A stretch of 64,000 nucleotides of DNA from an uncultured Gemmatimonadaceae bacterium (lineage in GTDB: Bacteria > Gemmatimonadota > Gemmatimonadetes > Gemmatimonadales > Gemmatimonadaceae): the NCBI GenBank assembly GCA_963781585.1, contig CAWAGQ010000004.1, positions 672,001-736,000 of the forward strand, read 5' to 3'. Below are positions 32,271 through 43,541 of the stretch, piece after piece. Position 1 is the first letter of the stretch. The number at the start of each line of letters is the position of its first letter. Made by a program: the position numbers and the translations under genes. The notes below the pieces were generated by a model. That model did not search any database, was not told the origin of the DNA, and worked only from the letters and a program-made list of their open reading frames with translations.

Positions 32271-32689
32271 GCGCGTGCGGAGAGGTGCTCGCGCACGGCA
32301 GCGACCTGGCGGTTCCAGAAGTCGCGATCCGCCAGTCCCGGGTGTGGAAGCGTCAGGTCAGGGTCGTCCAGGCGATAGTCGTCGTAGGTGACCAGGTCGA
32401 GGTCCAGAATCCTCGACGCCCAGCGTTCCCCTCGCACCCGGCCGCGCGCCGCTTCGATGTCGTGCAGCCGGTCGAGCAGGACGCGCGGCGGCAGGGCGGT
32501 TTCCACGGCGACCATCTGATTCAGGTACGCGGGCTGAGCCCGGCCGCCGAGCGGTGCCGTCTCCTCAACCGCCGATGCGGCCAGCACCCGGATGCCGGGA
32601 ACCGCGGCGATGCGCTCTCGCGCGAAGGCCAGATGGGCTTCGCGATCGCCGAGGTTCGATCCGAGTGCGATGAATGCGACCTCACTCAT
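32267..32689 (-). CDS. folK: 6-hydroxymethyl-7,8-dihydropterin pyrophosphokinase
   Basis: IALGSNLGD, YLN, RILDLDL, LPHP. Confidence 0.95.
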   Translation of the reverse strand: MSEVAFIALGSNLGDREAHLAFARERIAAVPGIRVLAASAVEETAPLGGRAQPAYLNQMVAVETALPPRVLLDRLHDIEAARGRVRGERWASRILDLDLVTYDDYRLDDPDLTLPHPGLADRDFWNRQVAAVREHLSARA

Positions 32690-33047
32690 CTCGCGAGAGC
32701 TCGATGGCGACTTCGGCGTACGCCAGAGGGCCGGGAAGCGGCACGTGGGGCTTCCGCACCGCCACACGTACCCGCCGCACGTTGCCGACGTCCATGATTC
32801 CCGCTGCCACGGCGGCGGCGACGCCCTCCAGAAAATCCACCGGGCCGCGCGCGAGAACGGTGGCCGCGGCATCGTAGAGTGCGCGGTAGTCCAGCAGCGT
32901 GCCGGTCGTATCGCGGTCGTACGGAGCGCGCGGCCAGACATCGATGTCGATCTCGATGGGCTGAGGCAATTCCCGCTCATGGGGCAGGATGCCGACGCGC
33001 GCGTGAAAGCGGAGTCCGCGCAGCGCGATCGTGTACTCGGAGCGCAC
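32682..33047 (-). CDS. folB: Dihydroneopterin aldolase
   Basis: FHARVGILPHE, LDY, FLE, VRKP. Confidence 0.92.
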   Translation of the reverse strand: MRSEYTIALRGLRFHARVGILPHERELPQPIEIDIDVWPRAPYDRDTTGTLLDYRALYDAAATVLARGPVDFLEGVAAAVAAGIMDVGNVRRVRVAVRKPHVPLPGPLAYAEVAIELSRDE

Positions 33048-33088
33048 GGCCGGAACGTAGGTGCGGCTTCCCAACGTGTCAAACGACG

Positions 33089-35164
33089 TCAGGAAATCCG
33101 CGTCAGCCGCCGAGTGAGATCGCCAAGATAGATGGCCAGTTCGCGCAGGTCGCGCGACGCGCTTTCGAGTTCGGCCAGCGCGCGGGCCTGGTCGCCGGCC
33201 GACAGTCGCACCTGTTCCGAGCCCGTGCGGTTGCGGCGTGAGATCTCGGCGATGCGCTCGGCGCGTTCCTGCATCAACCCCGAGGCCTGCTCCTGCTCGC
33301 GCGAGACATCGGCGATCCTCCTCGCCCAGGCGGACGCGGCGCGGCTTCCCTCGAGGATCGCTTCCATGGCCTTCATGGCAGACGCCGACAGCGATTCCAC
33401 GTCGCCGACCAGGCCGCGTCCGCGCTCCATCTGACGCGCCACGCGCTCCATGCGGCTGGCGAATTCCGTGAGGATCGAGCTGGCGCTCTCCGACGCGCGG
33501 GCGCTCTGCGCGGCCAGGCGGCGGATCTCTTCGGCGACGACCGCGAAGCCCTTCCCTTCCTCACCGGCGCGGGCGGCTTCGATGCCGGCGTTGAGCGCGA
33601 GGAGGTTGGTCTGATCGGCCAGCTCGCGGATGACCGCAATGAAGCCGGTGACCTGCTTGGTGCCCTGCCCCAGGCTCGTCATGGCCTCGGTGCTCTCGGT
33701 GACGAAGGCCTTGGCCGTGACCAGCCGATCGACCGCAGTGCCGATGGTGGTGCGGTGCTCGGCGGCGAGGTCGGCTGATCGCTCGCTGGCGCCGGCGGCT
33801 TCGCGCGCGTCGCGGGCGATCCCGGACGTGGCGCGAAACAGCGCGTCGGCCGTTTCCCGGCTGCGAGCGGCCTGGTCAGCTTCGTCGACGATGGTGCGAT
33901 TCATGTCATCGAGAAGGCGGGCCACGGCCTCCGCGCCGCTGCGCAGGAGGTGCGCCGAGTCATTCAGCTTGGCGATCTGGGTTTCCAGACGGGAGAGGGT
34001 TTCGGCGAGCGGCGCCCGCAGGTCCTGGATCTGAATCGTGGTGGCGAGCTGTCCGGCGAAGCGTTCGATGGCCTCCAGCTGCTTGCGGCCATACATGGCG
34101 CGCTTGCGGTGCTCGATCTCGAGCAGCCCCAGGATGCGGTCGCCGAACCGGAGCGGGGCGACGACGACGCTGCCCCGGTCGGTCCCCGACACGCCGCGAT
34201 CGCGCAGCGCATCGCCGATCGAGACGAGCCTGCTCCGGTCCACGGCTTCGCGCCGCAGCGCCGCCAGGGCCGGGTCCGGTTCGCGATCGTGCGGAAGCAG
34301 TCCTTCTCCGGCGGTGAAGATGAGACGGGGGGACCGCTCGTCGAGCCGCAGGATGCGGAAGTCGGTCCAGTCCACGAGCCGGTTGGCGAGCGCCGCGACG
34401 CGCGCGAACGCGTCGGCCACCGTTGCGTCGGTGCTGACCATCAGCTCGAGGGCGTGGATCCGGTTCAGCTCCTCGGCGGCGGCGGCTTCCTCGATGATCC
34501 GTTTCAGCAACAGGCCGCCGAAGCCTAACGCGAGGGCCACGACCGGCCACCCGCCGCGGCGCACGTTCGCCAGCGTCAGGAGCGTGGCGATCACGCCGAC
34601 CGCGGTCGCGCCGAAGGCCACCACTTCGTACCGCAGGATGAGCGTGCGTTCGTCGGGCAGCAGCTTGTCGCGCACCATCAGCGAGAAGTACTGGAGCGCC
34701 CGCCCCAGCAGGAACTGCGCGAACACGAGCACGGCGATCGCGGGCAGGGCCTCGGCGGTGAGCTCGCCGGTCATCGCGCCCGCGGTCTGGGAGGCGACCG
34801 CCGCGTAGAATCCGTACGCGGCGTAGAGCGCGAGCGGCTCGCGCGCCCCATTGATCCAGGCCGCGTCAACAGTCTTTCGCTGCAGCAGCCAGTCGACGCC
34901 GAGCACGCCGATGAAGAGAGCGATCGCCGTGGCCGGCAAGCCCACCGCGATCGCACCCGTGACCGCGACCACCGGCACCGCCGTCAGCCGGGCGTACTTG
35001 GTGACGGCTACCCCCTGCCCGCGCAGCACAGCGGTCGCCAGGACGAGCAGCACCAGGGGCCACGGCTGCTCCAGCCACCGCGGGTCGCGCGCGGCCCCGA
35101 CCACCAGAACGATCGTGCCGGCGAGTCCGGTCAGTCGCGAGATGAGTCGGACCCGTTGGCGCAT
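33089..35164 (-). CDS. Methyl-accepting chemotaxis-like protein (multi-TM + GAF + MCP signal domain)
   Basis: [40 protein letters not shown]; about 7 N-terminal TM segments; GAF-like [16 protein letters not shown]. Confidence 0.92.
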   Translation of the reverse strand: MRQRVRLISRLTGLAGTIVLVVGAARDPRWLEQPWPLVLLVLATAVLRGQGVAVTKYARLTAVPVVAVTGAIAVGLPATAIALFIGVLGVDWLLQRKTVDAAWINGAREPLALYAAYGFYAAVASQTAGAMTGELTAEALPAIAVLVFAQFLLGRALQYFSLMVRDKLLPDERTLILRYEVVAFGATAVGVIATLLTLANVRRGGWPVVALALGFGGLLLKRIIEEAAAAEELNRIHALELMVSTDATVADAFARVAALANRLVDWTDFRILRLDERSPRLIFTAGEGLLPHDREPDPALAALRREAVDRSRLVSIGDALRDRGVSGTDRGSVVVAPLRFGDRILGLLEIEHRKRAMYGRKQLEAIERFAGQLATTIQIQDLRAPLAETLSRLETQIAKLNDSAHLLRSGAEAVARLLDDMNRTIVDEADQAARSRETADALFRATSGIARDAREAAGASERSADLAAEHRTTIGTAVDRLVTAKAFVTESTEAMTSLGQGTKQVTGFIAVIRELADQTNLLALNAGIEAARAGEEGKGFAVVAEEIRRLAAQSARASESASSILTEFASRMERVARQMERGRGLVGDVESLSASAMKAMEAILEGSRAASAWARRIADVSREQEQASGLMQERAERIAEISRRNRTGSEQVRLSAGDQARALAELESASRDLRELAIYLGDLTRRLTRIS

Positions 35165-35165
35165 G

Positions 35166-35966
35166 TCAGGGCGTGTCGAGTGACTGGCGGAACGTCCGGG
35201 TGAGCGCGGCGGCCGCGTTCAGGCTCTCGCCGGCAGCTTTCACGAGGGCGCTGCCGACGACGATCCCGTCGGCCAGCGCGCCCACGCGGCGGGCCTGGTC
35301 GGCAGTGGAAATGCCGAAGCCCACGCAGATCGGCAGCGATGTCGCCCGCCGGAGTCGCGCCACGGTGGCGGGCAGTTCGATGGGAAGGTCGTCACGGGCG
35401 CCGGTTACGCCGAGTCGGCTGATCAGATAGACGAAGCCGTTGCCGAGGGCGCCGATTTCGCGCATCCGGTCGTCGGGGGTGGTCGGGGCGACGAGGCGCA
35501 CGAACGCCAGCGGCGAGCCGGCGAACCAGCGTTCGCGCTCGGGGTCGGCGCCGACGGGGAGGTCGGTGATCAGGATGCCATGGACCCCGCTGGCGGCGGC
35601 CCGGGTGAGCGCGTCCGGTCCCGCGGCGACCACGGGATTGAGGTAGCTGAAGAGCACCACCGGAATCGTCAGGCGGGCGTCGCGGACGAACCCGAGCACG
35701 GAGTCGAATGTGACTCCCTGTTGCAGCGCCACCTGCGAGCTCGCCTGGATGACGGGGCCGTCAGCCATCGGATCGGAAAACGGGACGCCGACCTCAATGA
35801 CGTCGGCGCCGGCGTCTTCGAGCGCCCGGAACAGGGGAACCGACGACTGCGGATCGGGATGGCCGGCGGTGACGTACGTGACGAGGGCCTTGCGTCCGTC
35901 GCGCGCCAGCGCCGCGAAGCGCCGGTGCAGCAGGTCAGACGAAGTAGTCGCCGACGCTGATGCCAT
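35166..35966 (-). CDS. trpA: Tryptophan synthase alpha chain
   Basis: [32 protein letters not shown]. Confidence 0.97.
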   Translation of the reverse strand: MASASATTSSDLLHRRFAALARDGRKALVTYVTAGHPDPQSSVPLFRALEDAGADVIEVGVPFSDPMADGPVIQASSQVALQQGVTFDSVLGFVRDARLTIPVVLFSYLNPVVAAGPDALTRAAASGVHGILITDLPVGADPERERWFAGSPLAFVRLVAPTTPDDRMREIGALGNGFVYLISRLGVTGARDDLPIELPATVARLRRATSLPICVGFGISTADQARRVGALADGIVVGSALVKAAGESLNAAAALTRTFRQSLDTP

Positions 35967-37449
35967 ACCGGTCGGGGTTCTCCGTCTTGATGATGGTCCG
36001 CAGGAAGGCGCCCTGGGCATTCTGCTCGGTGAGATCGACCAGCTCGCCGGGATAGAGCACGTTGCCGCGATCGTCGCTCACGATGCGCACGATGGGGCGC
36101 GAGATCGACTCCGGGCGCGGATGCACGGAGTGGACGATGGCCAGCTCGAAGGTGTCGAGCACGACCAGCGTCCCGACCGGATAGATGCCGAGCAGATTGA
36201 TGAAGCCCTTGACGATGACCGGGTCCATGCCGCGTCGTGGATTGTCGCGCATGCCGGCGAGCACGGCGGCCGGCGACATCGGAACGGTCTGGTAGGCGCG
36301 GCGGGTGGTGGCGGCATCGAATCCATCGGCGACCGCGACGATCTTGCCGAAGATGGTCTGGACGCGACTGCGAATCGGCTTGGGGTAGCCCGACAGATCG
36401 TTCTTCATGTGATGTTCGTAGGCCACCACCATCGCGCGGTACGGCAGTTCCTGCTGTCCCCGCATGTGGAAGAGCGCCAGCACGCCGAGCCAGGGGTGGG
36501 CCGCCAGCCAGCGCCAGTCTTCGTCGGTCAGGCCATCGGTCTTGTTGAGGACCCCGAGCGGTACCCGCGACTTGCCGATGTCGTGGAACAGCGCCGCCAG
36601 GCCGAGATCGTACAGCTGCAGTTTGGACAACCCCAGTCGCCGGCCTAACGCGACGGCGAAGATACAGACGTTCACCGAGTGGGTGAAGGTGTATTCGTCG
36701 TAGTCGCGGATGGTCGTCAGCCCCACCAGCGACGTCTCCTCGTTGAGGATCTGGTCGACGATGGTCTGCACCACCCGCTTGATCTTGCGGATGTTGGGCG
36801 CCTGCCCCATCCGGAGCGAGTTCATCACGTCCCTGGTGACCGCGACCGAATGCGAATACGTCCGCTTGGCGGCTTCCTTGGCGCGACGCATGAAATCGGA
36901 ATCGTCGTCGGTGACCAGCGGCGGCCCGAGCTCGAAGGCGAGGATGCCGGCGGTTTCGAGCTTCTGAAGGAGGTCGTAGACGGTGACCTCGTCCTCCTCC
37001 TTGCTCATGGTCAGCAACTGGTAGAGGAGGACGTGCCAGTCGCGTGCCTGCGTCGCCTCCGACGCCCGCACGGTCCCCACGCCGCACTTGCGCAGCACCG
37101 ACAGCAGATGGCTGAAGCTCGCGTAGTTGTCGAGGTCGAGGCGGAGGCGTGTGGAGTTGACGAAGATGAACTCGTTCGAGACCCGTAGCTCCAGCTCGTG
37201 GTCGCGCTCGATGATGGCGCGGGCGGCGGACACCAGATCGTTGAGGGCGTTCTTCACCGCCTCGTTTTCCGGCGGATACATGCGAATGACCCGCATGGCG
37301 CCGTAGAGGGACACGATCAGCTGACGGCCGGCCCGGCGGATGAACGAGTCGGAGAGGAAGTCGCTCGATGGAGCGGGGAGCGCCCCGGTTCCGTGGGGCG
37401 CGGGCGGTGCGGCGACCGGTGCCGGGGTATGCGCGGAGGTGTCCGTCAC
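35935..37449 (-). CDS. HD-GYP domain protein (cyclic dinucleotide phosphodiesterase family)
   Basis: YTFTHSVNV, HDIGK, EHHMKNDLSGYP, ADGFDA, YPVGT. Confidence 0.92.
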   Translation of the reverse strand: MTDTSAHTPAPVAAPPAPHGTGALPAPSSDFLSDSFIRRAGRQLIVSLYGAMRVIRMYPPENEAVKNALNDLVSAARAIIERDHELELRVSNEFIFVNSTRLRLDLDNYASFSHLLSVLRKCGVGTVRASEATQARDWHVLLYQLLTMSKEEDEVTVYDLLQKLETAGILAFELGPPLVTDDDSDFMRRAKEAAKRTYSHSVAVTRDVMNSLRMGQAPNIRKIKRVVQTIVDQILNEETSLVGLTTIRDYDEYTFTHSVNVCIFAVALGRRLGLSKLQLYDLGLAALFHDIGKSRVPLGVLNKTDGLTDEDWRWLAAHPWLGVLALFHMRGQQELPYRAMVVAYEHHMKNDLSGYPKPIRSRVQTIFGKIVAVADGFDAATTRRAYQTVPMSPAAVLAGMRDNPRRGMDPVIVKGFINLLGIYPVGTLVVLDTFELAIVHSVHPRPESISRPIVRIVSDDRGNVLYPGELVDLTEQNAQGAFLRTIIKTENPDRYGISVGDYFV

Positions 37450-39151
37450 GACGTCGCGCCTCCACGCAGCGAGCGGTTCACGGCATTGCGGACCAGGACT
37501 TCCTTGTCGCTCGAGGACTTGCGCAGCGCTTGGACGGCAGCGTCGGTTCCGATCCGCCCGAGCGCCAGGGCGGCGCAGGCACGGACCTCGGCGTCCTCGC
37601 GCTTCCCGAACAGACCACGGCCGTTGAGATAGGCATCGAGCATCGAGACCCCGGCCTCGCCACACATGGCGCCGTATGCCTCGAAGAAGGCCATCTTCTC
37701 CGTGAGGTCGCTCTCCTGGAGGCGCTTGCCCTTGACGACGCCCTCGATGCGTGGAAGTGCCGCCCGGTAGCCGCGCGCGGCGAGCGCCTTGGCGGCGGCC
37801 ACGCGAACGTCGCGCTCCGGGTCGTCGATTCCGCGTTCGAGCTGCTGTAGCGCCCCCGGCGATGCGATCTCCGCCAGCGCCTGCACGACCGCGACGCGCA
37901 TCTCGGCGTCGCCCTGGGTGAGCAGCCGGGCCAGGGCTGCGACCGCGGCCGCGGCCTTCGCGGCGCCGGCCCGGCGTACCGCCTCGAGCGCCACGTCGCG
38001 CTCGCTGGCGCCGAGGAGCCGGACCAGCTCGGCGGTGTTGGCTGAAGCCAGGCGGTCGGCCGTGGCCTCGAGCAGCTTTCGCACCGCGACCGATTGCAGC
38101 CGCCCCATCCACGCGAAGAGGGTGCCCAACGCTCCGCCCCGGAGCTGCTCGAACAGCTCGTTGAGTTCGTCCTGCGGCGGAAGTTCCACGCGTTCGTCGA
38201 GGGCCTGCAGGAACTGGGCGAGGGCCTCCGGCTCGCTCATGCGACTGGGGAGCGACAGCAGGAGTTCGCGCTGGGCCGGCGTCAGATCGCGGGCGCGGTT
38301 GGCTGCGATGTTCACCTCACGCAGCAGGAGTGCGACCGTGCGCAGGTGGCCGGACGAGAGGAGCTGGACCAGCATGCCGTCGAGGATCCCGCAGATTTCG
38401 TCGCGAATGGCCGGATCCGTCTGCTGCTCGAAGACGTCGAGCAGGATGGTCACGACGTTGGCGCGCAGGTCGGCGGCGTAGTGCCGCTGCACTTCGGTGC
38501 GGAGATAGTCGACCTCCGATTCGTCGAGGAAGTAGAGCGTGGAGTCGAACTCGTCGAGATTCACCACGCCCGGCGGCGCGACCACTTCCTGCGGCGGCTC
38601 GTGCACGATGGCGGTGTCGATCAGCCGCGGGCGCTCGGATTCGTCGGTGGCTTCGATCGCGTCGGCGGTCTCGAAGCTGATGTCGACGTAGCGGTATTTG
38701 ACGTACGAGAACTCGTGCTCCCACAACAGGGTGAGCAGATCGTCTTCGTCGGGCGATGCCTTCCGGACCCGGGCCACGATCTGCACGAGGGCGACGATTT
38801 CCTGCTCCTCGATCCCCTTGAGGAAGCGGAGCTCGCGGATGCCGTCCTTGTACAGCACCCACGGCAGCGCGTCGCCCGTCTTGTCCGGCTCGTTGACGAC
38901 GGCGTGCCCTTCCCAGGTGAGTCGCGTGTCGCTCACCTCGAACACCAGCTCGTCGGTGTGCGTCCAGATGGGGCTGAACGCGCCCTTCACGTTGTCGAGC
39001 GCCCGCAGGTAGGTGGGATTGTTCTGCAGGTACAGCTGATGCGCCCGCACGGCGCGGGCGAACAGGCGCAACATCTCCTCGACCAGCGCGATGTTGAACG
39101 GTGGGTCGGGTCGCTCGGTGTCCGGGGTCGCCGCCGACGTGGTCGGGAGTG

Positions 39152-39155
<4 letters not shown>
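37446..39155 (-). CDS. HEAT-repeat protein
   Basis: C-terminal repeats such as [40 protein letters not shown]. Confidence 0.88.
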
Positions 39156-40327
<1,172 letters not shown>

Positions 40328-40335
40328 GCGCTTAC

Positions 40336-40983
40336 CTAACGAGGGATGTCCGCGTGAACCGCCTCGACAAAAGCGCGCATCCGTGAGGGGTCCTTGACGC
40401 CGGGCCCGGCCTCCACGCCCGACGAGACATCCACCACATCGGGACCGAGGGCCGCGATCGCGCGACCCACATTGTCCGGCCGGAGACCTCCGGCGACCAC
40501 CAGCTGCGCACCGGCGCGCATCCCGGGGACCACCTCGCCCGCTCTCGCCCAGTCGAACGCCTCACCGGTGCCCCCGTTTCCCCGCGGCGAGCGGGTGTCG
40601 AGGACCACGCCGTGGGCCACCTCGAAGAGGGAGCGCGCCTCCGCCGGCACACCCTGCGACCCGATGGGCACAACCGCCCACACGATCCCACCGAAACGAG
40701 ACAGGGCCGCCGCGATCGAACCGGCTGCCACGGGTCCATGCAACTGCACGCCATCCAGACGCAGGCGTTCGGCCACTTCCACCGCCCGGTCCACTCCGTC
40801 ATCGAACACGCCGATGCAGCGCACCCCACGTTCCTGCACCGACCGCGCGATCTCCAGCGCGCGCACCTCGGACACCAGGCGGGGACTCCGGGCGAAGATG
40901 ACTCCCACGTAGCGGGCGCCAAGCTCCGCCGCCAGCTCCGCATCGACCGTGCGGGTGATTCCGCAGAACTTGATTTCAGGCAC
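40336..40983 (-). CDS. trpF: Phosphoribosylanthranilate isomerase
   Basis: KFCGIT, QLHG, GGTG, AGGL, DVSSGVE. Confidence 0.96.
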   Translation of the reverse strand: MPEIKFCGITRTVDAELAAELGARYVGVIFARSPRLVSEVRALEIARSVQERGVRCIGVFDDGVDRAVEVAERLRLDGVQLHGPVAAGSIAAALSRFGGIVWAVVPIGSQGVPAEARSLFEVAHGVVLDTRSPRGNGGTGEAFDWARAGEVVPGMRAGAQLVVAGGLRPDNVGRAIAALGPDVVDVSSGVEAGPGVKDPSRMRAFVEAVHADIPR

Positions 40984-41806
40984 GCTGCCCCCGCCCGTGG
41001 CGGAGCACACCACAAAGGGCGCGCACCGCCTCCTCCCCGTCCGGTGCCCGCGACAGGCTCGATCCCACCAATACCGCGTCGGCTCCCAACGTCGCGGCCG
41101 CGAGCACCCCCGTCCGGCTGGTGATGCCGCTCTCGGCGACGGTCAGGCAGTGGCCCGGGACCAGAGGGACCAGTCGCTCGGGTACCCCATCGTCAATCTC
41201 GAGCGTTTCCAGGTTACGGCGGTTCACCCCGATTACCACAGCGCCCGCTTCGAGCGCCCATTCGAGTTCTGCCTCGTCACGGACCTCGAAGAGAGCCTCG
41301 ATGCCCGCCTCCGCGGCAGCGTCTGCGAGCCGGGCCGTCCTGACCGGGCCCAACGCCCGGACAATCAGGAGCAGCGCCGATGCCCCCAGCGCGCGCGCTT
41401 CCCACACCTGGGCCGCCTCGACATGGAAGTCCTTCTTGAGCACCGGCAACCGTGTCGCTCCGAGAACGGCGCGCAGGTCGTCGGTTGATCCCAGGAATTC
41501 GCTGGGCTCCGTTAGAACGGAAATGGCGGAAGCTCCTCCGGAGGTGTAGGCCAGCGCGCGCTGCCCCGGGTCCAGCGTCTCATCGAGGGGCCCCTTGGAC
41601 GGGGCCCGTCGCTTGATCTCCGCAATCACGTGCAGGGCGGTTCCCTGACGCAGGGCATCCGCCAGGGATGTTGGAGGCGCGTGAGAGAGTGCCTCCCGTC
41701 GCAACGAGGGGAGATGCGATGAGAGCGACGCGGCTCGGAGCGCCGCGCGCTCACAGAGGCGGCCCAGGACGCCGCTCGGAGGGATCCAGTGGGTCTGCGC
41801 TTGCAC
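40976..41806 (-). CDS. trpC: Indole-3-glycerol phosphate synthase
   Basis: IAEIKRRAPSKG, SVLTE, KDF, GVNRRNL, ESGI, LVGS. Confidence 0.96.
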   Translation of the reverse strand: MQAQTHWIPPSGVLGRLCERAALRAASLSSHLPSLRREALSHAPPTSLADALRQGTALHVIAEIKRRAPSKGPLDETLDPGQRALAYTSGGASAISVLTEPSEFLGSTDDLRAVLGATRLPVLKKDFHVEAAQVWEARALGASALLLIVRALGPVRTARLADAAAEAGIEALFEVRDEAELEWALEAGAVVIGVNRRNLETLEIDDGVPERLVPLVPGHCLTVAESGITSRTGVLAAATLGADAVLVGSSLSRAPDGEEAVRALCGVLRHGRGQRA

Positions 41807-41849
41807 TTCGGGGATTCTTCGGTTATCGTGGTCTTCGGCAGTTGTTCGG
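41806..41849. promoter_or_regulatory. Candidate LexA operator: two STTCGG-N5-STTCGG direct-repeat pairs
   Basis: CTTCGG at 41806 and 41817; CTTCGG at 41833 and GTTCGG at 41844; both pairs have an 11-bp period and lie upstream of lexA. Confidence 0.5.
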
Positions 41850-41895
41850 GTTGCTCCTGTGATCCCGCCGCCGACACCACCAGTCGGAGTGCTCC

Positions 41896-42504
41896 ATGCC
41901 GCTCACGAGGCGTCAACGAGAAATCCTCACGTACCTGCAGGCGTACTCGGGCGAAAACGGCTACGCCCCAAGCTTCGAGGAGATCGCGCGGCACTTCAAC
42001 TATAACTCGCTCGCTACCGTGCACGAGCATCTGAGCAACCTGGAGCGCAAGGGCTACATCAAGCGCTCTTACAATGAGAGTCGTGCCATCCAGATCCTGC
42101 CTTCCGAAGTCTTCCCGCGCGCTGTCGAGCTTCCGCTGTACGGCACGGTCGCGGCAGGTACCCCGATCGAGGCCGTCGCCGGCTCCGAAACGGTGTCGGT
42201 GCCCGAGGAATTCGCGCAACGCCGGGGTCACCATTACGTCCTGCGGGTGCGCGGGAATTCCATGATCGACGAACAGATCCGCGACGGCGACTTCGTGATC
42301 GTGAACGAGCGGCAGAGCGCGGATGAAGGGGAAATGGTGATTGCGCTGCTGAACGGATCGTCCGCGACGGTGAAGCGTTTCTTCCGCGAGCGTGACGGTC
42401 GGATCCGGCTCCAGCCCGCCAACGAGACGCTCGCGCCACTGTATGTGCACGAGAACGACATCCTGATTCAGGGAGTCGTGGTGGGCGTTATCCGGCGCTA
42501 CTGA
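41896..42504 (+). CDS. lexA: SOS repressor LexA
   Basis: LTRRQ...PSFEEIA wHTH, VAAG cleavage site, GNSM (Ser), TVKR (Lys). Confidence 0.97.
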   Translation: MPLTRRQREILTYLQAYSGENGYAPSFEEIARHFNYNSLATVHEHLSNLERKGYIKRSYNESRAIQILPSEVFPRAVELPLYGTVAAGTPIEAVAGSETVSVPEEFAQRRGHHYVLRVRGNSMIDEQIRDGDFVIVNERQSADEGEMVIALLNGSSATVKRFFRERDGRIRLQPANETLAPLYVHENDILIQGVVVGVIRRY

Positions 42505-43541
42505 ATGTCCCGGGCGCGCGCGTAAGCGTCGCGCATGCGTTCCAGGGCAGCCTTCCCCGCCCCCTGCTCCAGCGCCTGGGTCGCGTCGTTCACGCATTGA
42601 GTGAACGGGCGACCGCGTCCGGACACGTAGAGGGCGGCGGCGGCATTGAGAATCACCGCGGCGCGCGCCGCTGGCGCCCCGTGCCCGGCCAGCACTTCAG
42701 TGATGACCTGCGCGTTGTCCGCCGGCCCGCCTCCAACCAGGTCATCGGCGGAGAAGTCGCGCATCCCGAGTTCACGCGGATCGAAAATCCACTCGGTGAC
42801 CACACCCAGGCGAACCTCGGCGATCCGGCTGGGTCCGAGTGGCGATATCTCGTCTATGCCGGGTTCGCCGAAAGCCACCAGAGCGTGGTGCGTGTCCAGG
42901 GCAGCCAGCGCACCGGCCAGCAGCGACAATCGTCGCAGCTCGGCGACGCCGACGATCTGGCGCCCGGCCCGGGCCGGATTGGCGAGTGGTCCGACGATAT
43001 TCATGACGGTCGGGATGGCGATCTCGCGCCGAACGGACGCGACGTGGCGCATCGCCGGGTGCATGGTGGGCGCGAACATGAACACGATGCCCGCCCGTCG
43101 CAGCACGAACGCCATCTGGTGTGGCGTGGCGTCAATGGGGACGCCGAGCGCCTCCAGCACCTCGGCGCTGCCGCACTGCGAGGTGAACGAACGATTCCCG
43201 TGCTTGGCGACTCGAACTCCGGCGCCGGCGGCAAGCAGTCCGGCGGCGGTCGAGATGTTGAAGGTGGTGAGCGCGCCGCCACCCGTACCGCAGGTGTCGA
43301 CCAGCTCGTGAGGCGCGTCCGCGTCGAGCTGGACCATCGCGGCACGGAGTGCGCGGGCGGCCCCGGCGACCTCGTCGGCGGTTTCGCCCTTGACGCGCAG
43401 GCCCATCAGCAAGGCTGCCACCTGGGCCGCACTGGCCTCGCCCTGCATCACCACGCCGAACGCATCGGCCGCTTCCTCCGGCGCCAGCGACTCTCCGAAA
43501 GCGAGGCGCCGGATGGCGGTCTGCATGACGTTAGGCGGCAT
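42498..43541 (-). CDS. trpD: Anthranilate phosphoribosyltransferase
   Basis: DTCGTGG, FNISTAA, KHGNRS, GPLANP, DEIS. Confidence 0.97.
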   Translation of the reverse strand: MPPNVMQTAIRRLAFGESLAPEEAADAFGVVMQGEASAAQVAALLMGLRVKGETADEVAGAARALRAAMVQLDADAPHELVDTCGTGGGALTTFNISTAAGLLAAGAGVRVAKHGNRSFTSQCGSAEVLEALGVPIDATPHQMAFVLRRAGIVFMFAPTMHPAMRHVASVRREIAIPTVMNIVGPLANPARAGRQIVGVAELRRLSLLAGALAALDTHHALVAFGEPGIDEISPLGPSRIAEVRLGVVTEWIFDPRELGMRDFSADDLVGGGPADNAQVITEVLAGHGAPAARAAVILNAAAALYVSGRGRPFTQCVNDATQALEQGAGKAALERMRDAYARARDIQ

